Shown here: positions 14,901 to 27,000 of the stretch, piece by piece | Layout of the letters: each line of letters opens with the position of its first letter | Numbering within the stretch: position 1 is the stretch's first letter | NCBI RefSeq assembly: GCF_009914755.1 | Contig: NC_060936.1 | Direction: 5' to 3' (one strand) | DNA: 64,000 nt | DNA from: the human T2T-CHM13v2.0 reference genome, Homo sapiens | Made by a program: the position numbers and the translations under genes | The notes under the pieces: generated by a model | Database searches by the model: none | What the model was told of the DNA's origin: nothing | The model's input: only the letters and a program-made list of their open reading frames with translations

Positions 14901-15267
14901 ATGAATGGACTTATCACAAAGTAGTTGCGCAGAATTCATCTGTCTAGTTTATATGTGAAGATATTTCCTTTTTCACCATAGGACATCAAAGGCTCACAGA
15001 TATCCCTCTACAGTTTCTGTGAAAAGACTGTTTACATAGAGCACAATGAAAAGAAAGGTTCAACTCTGTGAGACGAAGGGACACATCACACATCACAAAG
15101 AAGTTTCTCAGAATGCTTTTGTCTAGTTTTATATGAAGATATTTATTTTTCCTCATAGGCCTCAAGCGGTTCAGAAATATCTCTTTGCAGAATGTACAAA
15201 AAGAGTGTTTCCAGACTGCTCAATCAAAAGAAAGTTCAACTCTGTGAGAAGAATGCAAGCATCGCAA
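8961..15267 (-). repeat. Alpha satellite, family B (distinct, probably older monomeric layer)
   Basis: Same periodicity, but diagnostic words switch to CTGTCTAG, TTCCTATTTCACC/TTCCTTTTTCACC, ATATCCCTTTGCAG/ATATCCATTTGCAG and AAGACTGTTTCC from ~8960 onward. Confidence 0.95.
11598..15267 (-). repeat. Left arm of high-identity inverted duplication (11598-12485 and ~14370-15267)
   Basis: Private markers TTTCATTTCCTAACTAACGTAGGCCTCGAAG (~12217), GAGACGAAGGGACACATCACACATCACAAAG (~15070) and GTAGTTGCGCAGAATTCATC (~14921) recur reverse-complemented at ~41457, ~40321 and ~40481. Confidence 0.92.
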
Positions 15268-18200
15268 TACTCTTTTTGTAGAATCTGTAAGTGTATATTA
15301 GGAGCACCTGGAGGCCTATTGTGGAATATGAAATAACTTCACATGAAAACTACATAGAAGCATTCTGGGAAACTTCTTTGTGATGTGAGCATTCATCTCA
15401 CAGAGCTGAAACTATCTTTTGATTGAGTAATTTTGAAACACACTTTTTGTAGAATATGCAAGTGGATACTTGGATCACTTTGAGGCTTATGGTGGAAAAG
15501 GAAATATCTTCCCATAAAAACTACACAGAAGCATTCTGAGAAACTTCTTTGTGATTTGTGCATTCAGCTCACAGAGTTGAACCTATCTTTTGATAGAGCA
15601 GTTTTGAAACTCTCTTTTTGTAGTATCTGCATGTGCTTATTTGGAGCCCTTTGTGGCCGCTGCCGGAAAAGGTAATATCTTCCCATAAAAACTACACAGA
15701 AGCATTCTGAGAAAGTTCTTTCTGATGTGTGCATTCATCTCACAGAGTTGAACCTTTCATTTGTCTGAGCAATTTTGAAACACTCTTTTTGTAGGAAATG
15801 CAAGCGGATATTTTAAGCGCTTTGAGGCTTATTGTAGAAAAGGAAATATCTTCACATCATAAAAACTACACAGAAGCATTCTCAGAAACTTGTTTGTTTT
15901 GTGTACATTCGTCTCACGGAGTTGAACCTTTCTTTTGATTGTGTAGTTGTCAAACACTCTTTTTGTAGAATCTGCAAGTGGAAATTTGCATCCCTTTGAG
16001 GCCTAAGGTGGAAAAGGAAATATCTTCACATAAAAACTGCACTGAAGCATTCCGAGAAACTTCTTTGTGATGTGTGCATTCATCTTCCAGAATTGAAACT
16101 TTCATTTGGTTGAGCAGTTTTGAAACACTCTTTTTGTAGAATCTGCAAATGGATGTTTGGAGTGCTTTGAGCCCTATGGTGGAAAAGGAGATATCTTCAC
16201 ATAAAAACTACACAGAAGCATTCTGAGAAAATTCTTTGTGATCTGTGGATTCATCTCACAGAGTTGAACCTACCTTTTGATAGAGCAGTCTTGAAACTGT
16301 CTTTTTCTAGAATTTGCATGTGGATATTTGGAACCATAGGAGGCCTATCGTAGAAAAGGAAATATCTTCACATGAAAACTACACAGAAGCATTCTGAGAA
16401 ATTTTTGGTTATGAGTGCATTCATCTCACAGAGTTGAAACTATTTTTTTATAAATCAGTTTTAAAACTCCCTTTTTTTTAGAAGCTGCAATTGTATATTT
16501 GGAGTCATAGGAGGTCTATTTTGGAAAAGGAAATATCTTCACATAAAAACTACACAGAAGCATTCTGAGAAACTTATTTCTGATGTGTGCATTCAACTCA
16601 CAAAGATGAACCTGTTTTTTGACAGAGCAATTTTGAAATTCTCTTTATGTTGAATCTGCAAGTGGATATTTGGAGCCGTTTGTGGCCTATGGTGGGAAAG
16701 GAAATATCTTCTCATAAAAACTACACAGATGCATTCTGAGAAACTCCTTTGTGATGTGTGCATTCAACTCACAGTGTTCAACCTACCTTTTGATAGAGCA
16801 GTTGTGAAACTCTCTTTTTATAGTATCTGCAAGTGGATATTTGGAGCCCTTTGGGGCCTATAGTGGAAAAGGAAATATTTTCATATAAAAACTACACAGA
16901 AGCATTCTGAGAATCTTCTTTGTGATGTGTGCATTCATCTCACAGTGTTGAACATTTCTTTTGATTGAGCAGTTTGGAAACACTCTTTTGGTAGAATCTG
17001 CAAGTGGATATTTGTAGTGCTTTGAGGTCTATGGTGGAAAAGGAAATATCTTCACAGTAAAACATCACGGAAACATTCTGAGAAATTCCTTGTGATGTGT
17101 GCATGCATCTCATAGATTTGAACCTTTCATTCGATTGAGCAGTTTTGAAATACTCTTTTTGTAGTATCTGCAAGAGGATATTTGGAGTGCTTTGAGGCCT
17201 ATTGTGGAAAAGGAAAAATCTTCACATAAAAACTACAGAGAAGCATTCTGAGAATCTTCTTTGTGATGTGCGCATTCATCTCACCAATTGAACCTTTGTT
17301 TTGATTGAGCAGTTTTGAAAAACTCTTTTTGTAGAATCTGCAAGTGGATATTTGGAGTGCTTTGAGGACTATGGTGTAAAAGGAAATATCTTCACATTAA
17401 AACCACATAGAAGCATTCTCAGAAACTTCTCTCTGATGTGTGCATTCAACTCGCAGAGTTGAACCTGTCTTTTCATAGAGCAGTTTTGAAACTCTCTTTT
17501 TGTAGAATCTGCAAGTGGATATTTTGAGCCTTTAGTGACCAATGGTGGAAAACGAAATATCTTCCCATAAAAACTACACAAAAGCATTCTGAGAAATTTC
17601 TTTGTAATGTGTGCATTCATCTCACAGAGTTGAACATGCCATTTGATTGAGCAGTTTTCAAACACGTTTTGCAGAATCTGCAAGTGGATACTTGGAGGGC
17701 TTTGAGGCCTATTGTCGAAAAGGAGATATCTTTACATAAAAACTACACAGAAGCCCTCTCGGAAACTTCTTTGTGATGTGTGCATTCATCTCACAGAGTC
17801 GAAACTTTCTTTTCCTTGAGCAGTTTGGAAACACTCTTTTTGTAGAATCTACAAGTGGATACTTGCTCGCTTTAAGGCCTACGGAGGAAAAGGAAATATC
17901 TTCCATTATAAACTATACAGAAGCATTCTGAGAACCTTCTTTGTGATGTGTGCTTTCATCTCACAGAGTTGAACCTTTCCTTTGATTGAGCAGTTTGGAA
18001 AAACTCTTTTTGTGGAATCTGCAAGTGGATATTTGGTACACTTTGAGGCCTATGGTGGAGAAGGAAATATCTTCACATAAAAACTACACGGAAGCATTCT
18101 GAGAAACTTCTTTGTGTTGCATGCATTCAACTCACAGGATTGAACCTGTCTTTTGATAGAGCAGTTTTAAAACTCTCCTTTTGTACAACCTTGAATTGGA

Positions 18201-18420
18201 TATTTTGAGCCCTTTGTGGCCTATGGTGGAAAAGGAAATATCTTCACATAAAATCTACACAGAAGTATTCTGATAAATTTCTTTGTGATGTGTGCATTCA
18301 TCTCACAGAGTTGAACCTCTCTTTTGAGCAGTTTGGAAACACCCTTTTTGTAGATTCTGCAAGTGGATATTTGCAGTGATTTCGAGCATATTGTGGAAAA
18401 GGAGGTAACTTCACATATAA

Positions 18421-18802
<382 letters not shown>

Positions 18803-21800
18803 TGAACCTTTCTTTTCATTGCACAGTTTTGAAACACTCTTTTCATAGAATCTTCAAGTGGATATTTTGAGCGCTTGAGGCCTATGGTGGAAAAGGAAAT
18901 ATCTTCACATAAAAACTACACAGAAGCATTCTGAGAAACCTCTTTGTGATGTGTGCATTCAACTCACAAAGTTGAACCTATCTTTTGAAAGAGCAGCTTT
19001 GAATCTTTCTTTATGTTGAATCTGCAAGTGGATATTTGGAGCCCTTTGTGGCCTATGGTGGAAAAGGAAATATCTTCTCATAAAAACTACATAGAAGCAT
19101 TCTGAGAAACTCTATTGTGATGTATGCATTCAACTCATAGTGTTCAAACTATCTTTTGATAGAGCAGTTGTGAAACTCTCTTTTTGTAGTATCTGCAAGT
19201 GGATATTTGAAGCCCTTTGCAGCCTATGGTAGAAAAGGAAATATTTTCTAATAAAAACTACACAGAGGCAGTCTGAGAAACTTCTTTGTGATGTGTGTAT
19301 TCATTTCATGGAGTTGAACCTTTCTTTATATTGAGCAGTTTAGAAAGACTCTTTTTGTAGAATCTGCAAGTGGATATTTGGAGCACTTTGAGGCCTATGG
19401 AGGAAAAGGAAATATTTTCACAGAAAATCATCACAGAAGCATTCTGATAAACTTCTTTGTGATGTGTGCATGTATCTCATAAATTTGGACATTTCATTCG
19501 ATTGAGCAGTTGTGAAACACTCTTTTTGTAGAATCTGCAAGTGAATATTTGGAGCGCTTTGAGGCCTATGGTTGAAAAGGGAAAATCTTCATATAAAAAC
19601 TACAGAGAAGCATTCTGTGAAACTTCTTTGTAATGTGCGCTTTCATCTCAAAGAGTTGAAACATTGCTTTGAGCAGTTTTGAAACACTCTTTTTGTAGAT
19701 TCTTCAAGTGAATATTTGGAGTGCTTTGAGGACTATGGTGGAAAAGAAAATATGTTCACATTAAAACTACACAGAAGCATTCTGAGAAACTTCTCTGTGA
19801 TGTGTGCATTCAACTCTCAGAGTTTAAACTGTCTTTTCATAGAGCAGTTTTGAAACTCTCTTTTGCAGAATCTGAAAGTGGATATTTGGAGTCCTTAGTG
19901 GCCAATGGTGGAAAAGGAAATATCTCCCCATAAAAACTACACAGAAACGTTATGAGAAACTTCTTTGTAATGTGTGCATTCATCCTACATAGTTGAACCT
20001 ATCTTTTGATAGAACAGTTTTGAAACTCTATTTTTGTGGAACATGCCAGTGGATATTTGGAGCCCATTTCCTCTTATGGTGGAAAAGGAAATAACTTCAT
20101 ATAAAAACAACACAGAAGCATTCTGTGAAACTTCTTTGTTTGAGTGCATTCATGGCACATAGTTGAAACTTTCTTTTGACAGAGCAGTACTGAAAACCTC
20201 TTTTTGTAGGAAATGCAATTGGAAATTTGGAGCCCCTTGCAGACTATGGTGGAAAACGAAATATCTTCACATAAAAACTACAAAGAAGGATTCTGAGTAA
20301 CTTCTTTGTGATGTGGGCATTCATCTCACAGATTTGAATCTCTATTTTGATTGAGCAGTTTGGAAACACTGTTTTTGTAGAATCTGTAAGTAGATATTTG
20401 GAGCGCTTTGAGGCCTACTGTGGAAAAGGAAGTATCTTCACGTAAAAACTACACAGAAGCATTCTCAGAAACTTCTTTGTTTTGTGTGTATTCATCTCAC
20501 AGAGTTGAAGTCCCCTTTTGATGGAGCAGTTTGGAAACACTCTTTTTGTAGAGCCTGCAAGTGGATATTTGGTGCACTTTGAGGCCTATTGTGGAAAAGG
20601 AAATATCATCACATAAAAACTACACAGAAGCATTCTGAGAAACTTCTTTGTGATGTTGGGCATTCATCTCACAGAGTTGAAATTTCTTTCATTTGAGCAG
20701 TTTTGAAAAACACTTTTTGTAGAATCTGCAAGTGGATATTTGGAGGGCTTTGTGGCCTATGGTGGAAAAGGAAATATCTTCACATAAAAACTACACACAA
20801 ACATTCCGAGAAACTTCTTTGTGATGTGTGCATTCGTCTCACAGAGTTGAAATTTTCTGTTGATTGAGTAGTTTTGAAACACTCTTTTTGTAGTATCTCC
20901 AAGTGGATATTTGCAGTGCTCTGAGGCCTATGTTGGAAAAGGAAATGTCTTCACATAAAAAATACACAGAAGCATTCTGAGAAACTTCTTGTGATGTGTG
21001 CATTCATCTCACAGAGTTCAACCTATCTTTTGAAAGAGCAGTTTCGAAATTCTCTTTTGAAGAATCTTCATCTGGATATTTTGAGTCCTTTTGTCTTATG
21101 GTGGAAAGGGAAATTTCTTCATATAAAAACTACACAGAAGCATTCTGAGAAACTTCTTTGTGATGTGGGCATTCATCTCATAGAGTTGAAATTTCTTTCA
21201 TTTGAGCAGTTTTGAAAAACACTTTTTGTAGAATCTGCAAGTGGATATTTTGAGGGCTTTGTGGCCTACAGTGGAAAAGGGAAAATCTTCACATAAAAAC
21301 TACACAGAAGCATTTTGAGAAACTTCTTTGTGATGTGTGCATTCATCTCACAGAATTGAACATTTCTTTTGATTGAGCAATTTTGAAACAATTTTTTCAT
21401 AGAGTCTGAAAGTGGACATTTGGGGTGCTTTGCGGCCTATGGTGGAAAGAGAAATATCTTCCAACAAAAACTACAGAAGGATTCTGAGAAACTTTTTGTG
21501 ATGTGTCCATCCACCTCACTGAGATGAAGCCATCTTTTGATATAGCAGTTTTGAAACTCTCTTTTAATGGAATCTGCCAGTGGTTATATGGAGCACTTTG
21601 TGGCCAATGGTGAAAAAGGAAATATCTTCCCATAAAAACTACACAGAAGCATTCGGAGAAACCTCTTTGTGATGTGTGCATTCATCTCAGAGAGTTGAAA
21701 CTTTCTTTTGCTTGAGCAGTTTTGAAACACTCTTTTTGTTGAATCTGCAACTGGATATTTGGAGCACTTTGAGGCTTATGGTGGAAAAGGAAATATCTTC

Positions 21801-23405
21801 ACATAAAATCTAAACAGAAGCATTCTGAGAAACTTCCTTGTGATGTGTGCATTCATCTCTTGGACTTGAACCTATCTTTTGAAAGATCAGTTTTGAAACT
21901 CTCTTTTTGTAGAATATGCAAGTGGTTATTTGGAGCCCTTTCTGGACTATGGTGGAAAAGGATACACCTTCACAAAAAAAATACACAGAAGCATTCTGAT
22001 AAACACCTTTGTGATATGAGCATTCCAATCACAGAGTTGAAGCTATCTTTTGATAGAGCAGCTTTGGAACTCTCTTTTTGTAGAATATGCAAGTGGATAT
22101 TTGGAGCCCTTTGTGGCCAATGGTGGAAAAGGAAATATCTTCACAAAAAAATTACATAGAAACATTCTGAGAAACTTCTTTGTGATGAGTGCATTCATCT
22201 CACAAATTCTGAGAAACTTCTTTTGTTGCATGCCTTCATCTTACAGCATTGAGCCTTTTATTTGATTGGGCACTTTGGAAACACTCTTTTTGTAGAATCT
22301 GTAAGTGGATATTTGGAGCGCTTTGAAGCCTATTGTGGAAAAGAAAATATCTTCACGTAAAAACCACACAGAAGCATTCTGAGAAACTTATTTCTGATGT
22401 GTGCATTCATCTCACGGAGATGAAACTTTCTTTTGATTGAGCAGTTTTGAAACAAACTTTTGTAGTATCTGAAAGTGGATATTTGGAAGGCTTTGAGGCC
22501 TATTGTGGAAAAGGAAATATCTTCACATAAAAACAACACAGAAGCATTCTGTGAAACTTCTTTGTGATGTGTGCATTCATCTCACAGAGTTGACCCTATC
22601 CTTTGAATGAACAGTTTTGAAACTCTCTTTTCGTAGAGTCTGCAAAGGGATATTTGGAACCCTTTGTGGCCTATGGTCTAGAAGGAAGTATATTCCCATA
22701 AAAACTACAGAGAAGCATTCAGAGAAACTACTTTGCGTTGTGTGCATTCAACTCACGGATGTGAACCTATCTTTTGATTGATCAGTTTTGAAACACTCTG
22801 TTTGTAGTATCTGCACGTTGATATTTGGAGTGCTTTGATGTGTATTGTGGAAAAGGAAATATCTTCACATAAAAACTACACAGAAGAATTCTGAGAAACT
22901 TCTTTGTGAAGTGTGCATTCATCTGACAGAGTTGAATCTTTCTTTTGATTGAGGAATTTTGAAAGACTTTTTTTGTAGAATCTTCAAGTGGATATTTGGA
23001 GCGCTTTGAGACCTAAGGTGAGAAAGGAAATGTATTCTCATAAAAACTAAACAGAAGGATTCTGAGAAACTTCTTTGGGTTGTGTGCATTCATCTCACAG
23101 AGTTGAATCTTTCTTTTGAATGAATGGTTTTGAAACACTCTTTTTGAAGAATCTGCAAGTCGATATGTGGAGCAATTTGAGGCCTATTGTGGAAAAGGAA
23201 ATATCTTCACATAAAAACTACACAGAAACATTCTGAGAAACTACTTTGTAATGTGTGCATTCATCTCACAGAGTTGAACCTTTCTTTTGATTGAGCAGTT
23301 TTGAAACACTCTTTCCGTAGAATCCGCACGTGGATATTTTCAGCCCTTTGTGGCCTATGGTCGAAAAGGAAATATCTTCCCATAAAAACTACACAGAAGA
23401 ATTCA

Positions 23406-24065
23406 GAGAAACTACTTGGTGATGTGAGTATTCATCTCACAGAGTTGAAACTTTCTTTTGACTGAGCAGTTTTGAAACCCTCTGTTTTATAATCAGCAAG
23501 TGGGTTTTTGTGGCGATTTAAGGCCTATGGATGAAAAGGAAATAACTTCATATTAAAATGACACAAAAGCATTCTAAGAAACATCTTTTGAATGTGTGAA
23601 TTCATATCACAGAGTTGAATCTCTGTTTTCACTAAGCAGTTTTGAAACACTCTTTTTGTAGAATCCGCAAGTGGATATCTGGGGCGTTTTGAGGCCTATG
23701 GTGGAAAAGGAAATATCTTCACATAAAAACTACACAGAAGCATTCTGAGAAACTACTTGGTGATGTGAGTATTCATCTCACAGAGTTGAAACTTTCTTTT
23801 GACTGAGCAGTTTTGAAACCCTCTGTTTTATAATCAGCAAGTGGGTTTTTGTGGCGATTTAAGGCCTATGGATGAAAAGGAAATAACTTCATATTAAAAT
23901 GACACAAAAGCATTCTAAGAAACATCTTTTGAATGTGTGAATTCATATCACAGAGTTGAATCTCTGTTTTCACTAAGCAGTTTTGAAACACTCTTTTTGT
24001 AGAATCCGCAGGTGGATATCTGGGGCGTTTTGAGGCCTATGGTGGAAAAGGAAATATCTTCACAT
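23406..24065 (+). repeat. Near-perfect tandem duplication of an alpha-satellite dimer (period 341 bp)
   Basis: GAGAAACTACTTGGTGATGTGAGTATTC starts at 23406 and again at 23747. The copies share all private variants (e.g. GTGGGTTTTTGTGGCGATTTAAGG, TATTAAAATGACACAAAAG), with one mismatch seen (23670 A vs 24011 G). Confidence 0.95.
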
Positions 24066-27000
24066 TAAAACTATACAGAAGCATTCTGAGAAACTTCTTT
24101 TTGATGTGTGCATTCATCTCACAGAGTGGAAACTTTCTTTTGATTGAGCAGTTTTGAAACTCTCTTTTTGTAGAATCTGCAAACGGATTATTGGAGCCCT
24201 TTGCCACCTATGGTGGAAAAGGAAATATCTTCAAAAAAAATTACATAGAAACATTCTGAGAAACTTCTTTGTGATGAGCGCATTCATCTCACAAATTTAA
24301 ACCTTTCTTTTGATTGAGCAGTTTGGAAACACACTTTTTGTAGAATCTGTAAGTGGATATTTTGACAACTTTGAGGCTTTTGGTGTAAAAGGAAATATCT
24401 TCACATTAAAACTACACTGAAGAATTCTGAGAAACTTCTTTGTGATGTGTGCATTCATCTCACAGAGTTGAACCTTTCTTTTGATAGAGCAGTTTTGAAA
24501 CACTCTTTTTGTAGGATCTGTAAGTGGATATTTGGAGCGCTTGGAGGCCTATGGTGGAAAAGGAAACATTTTCACATAAAAACTACACAGAAGCATTCTC
24601 AGGAACTTCTTTGTTTTGTGTGCATTCATTTCACAGAGTTGAAAATGTATTTTGATTGAGCAGTTTTGAATCACTCTTTTTTTAGAATCTGCTAGTGCAT
24701 ATTTGGAGCACTTTGAGGCTTATGGTGGAAAAGGAAATATCACCACATAAAAACTACACAGAAGCATTCTGAGAAACTTCTTTGAGACGTGTTCATTCAA
24801 CTCGCAGAGTTGAACCTATCTTTTGATAGAGCCATTTTGAAACTCTCTTTTTGTAGAATCTGCAAGGGGTTATTTGGAGCCATTTTTGGCCGATGGTGGA
24901 AAAGGAAATATCTTCTCATAAAAAAGGTACACAGAAGCATTCTCAGAAACTTCTTTGTGATGTGTGCATTCATTTCACAGAGTTGAGCCTATGTTTAAAT
25001 AGAGCAGTTTTGAAACTACCTTTTTGTAGAATATGCAGGTGGATATTTGGAGCCCTTTTTGTCCTATGGTGGAAAAGGAAATATCTTCACATAAAAACTA
25101 CACAGAAACATTCTGAGCAACTTCTTTGTGATGTGTGCATTCATCTCACAGAGTTGAACCTCTCTTTTGATTGAGCAGTTTGGAAACAATCTATTTGTGG
25201 AATCTGCAAGTGGATATTTGGAGGGATTAGAGACCTATTGTGGAAAAGCAAATATCTTCACATAATAACTACACAAAAGCATTCTCAGAAACTTCTTTGT
25301 GATGTGTGCATTCATCTCACAGAGTTTAAACTTTCTATTCATTGAGCAGTGTGGAAACACTCTTTTAGTAGAATCTGCAAGTGGATATTTGGAGTCCTTG
25401 TGGGCCTATTGTGGAAAAGGAAATATTTTCACATAAAAACTACACAGAAGCATTCTGAAAAACTTCTTTGTGATGTGTGCATTCATCTCACAGAGTGGAA
25501 TCTTTCTTTTGATTGAGGAGTTTGGAAACACTGTTTTTGTAGAACCTGCAGGTGAATATCTGGAGTGATTTGAGGCCTACTGTGGAAAAGGAAATATATT
25601 CACATAAAAACTACACAGAAGCATTCTGAGCAACTTCTTTGTGATGTGTGCATTCAACTCATAGAGTTGAACGTATGTTTTCATAGAGCAGTTTTGAAAC
25701 TCTCTTTTTGTAGAATCTCTAAGTAGATATTTGCAGCCCTTTGCGGTCTATGGTGGAAAAGAAATATCTTCACATAAAAACTACACAGAAGCATTCTGAG
25801 AAATATCGTGATGTGGGCATTCATCTCACAGATGTGAACCTCTCTTTTGATTGAACAGTTTGGAAACACTCTTTTTGTAGACTGTGCAATTGGATATTTG
25901 GAGTTATTTGAGACCTATTGTGGAAAACGAAATATTCACACCCAGAAACTACACGGAAGCATTCTGAGAAACTTCTCTGTGATGAGAGCATTCAGCTTAC
26001 AGAGTTGAAACTTCCTTTTGATTGAGCAGTTTCCAAACACTCTTTTAGTAGAATCTGCAAGTCGATATTTGGTGCCCTTGGAGGTCTATTGTGGGAAAGG
26101 AAATATCACCATATTAAAACAGCACAGCAGCATTCGGAGAAACTTCTTTGTGATGTGTGCATTCATCTCACAGAGTGGCACCTTTCTTTTCATTGAGCAA
26201 TTTTCAAATTCTCTTTTTGTAGAATCTACAAGTGGATATTTGGAGCGCTTCAAGGCCTACGGTGGAAAGGGAAATATCTTCACATAAAAACTAGACAGAA
26301 GCATTCTGAGAAACTTTTTTGTCATGTGTGCATTCATCTTACAGAGTTAAACGCATATTTTGATAGAGCAGTTTTGAAACTCTCCTTTTGTAGAATCTGC
26401 AAGTGGATATTTGGAGCCCTTTGTGGCCTATGGTGGAAAAGGAAATATCTTCACATAAAAACTACACAGAAGCATTCTGAGAAACTTCTTTGTGATGAGT
26501 GCACTCATCTCTCATAGTTGAAACGATCTTTTGATTAAGCAGTTTTGAAACTCTCTTTTTATAGAATCTGCAATTGGATATCTGGAGCCCTTTGCATCCT
26601 ATGTTGGAAAAGAAAATATCTTCACATAAAAACTACACTAAGCATTCTGAGAAACTGCTTTGTGATGTGTGCATACATCTCACAGAGTTGAACCTTTTCT
26701 TTTTGATTGAGCAGTTTTGAAACACTCTTTTTGTAGAATCTCCAAGTGGATATTTGGAGCACTTTGAGGCCTATGGTGGAAAAGGAAATATCTTCAAATA
26801 AAAACTATACAGAAGAATTCTGAGAAACTTCTTTGTGATATGCCCATTCATCTCACTGAGTTGAACATATCTTTTGATAGAGCAGTTTTGAAACTCTTTT
26901 TTGTAGAATCTGCAAGAAGATAATTGGAGTCCTTTGTGGCCTATGGTTGAAAAGGAAATTTCTTCACATTAAAACTACACAGAATCATTCTGAGAAACTT

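Noticed and set aside
8060-15097. Short 7-8-bp slippage duplications (ACATCACC x2 at ~8060, TCAGAAT x2 at ~13212, ACATCAC x2 at ~15083)
   Set aside because: These are ordinary micro-duplications, useful only as paralogy markers.
15195-15280. Fold-back hairpin origin of the polarity switch (TACAAAAAGAGTGTT / AATACTCTTTTTGTA)
   Set aside because: The two sides belong to different monomer families and do not share private variants, so the complementarity is just generic alphoid homology.
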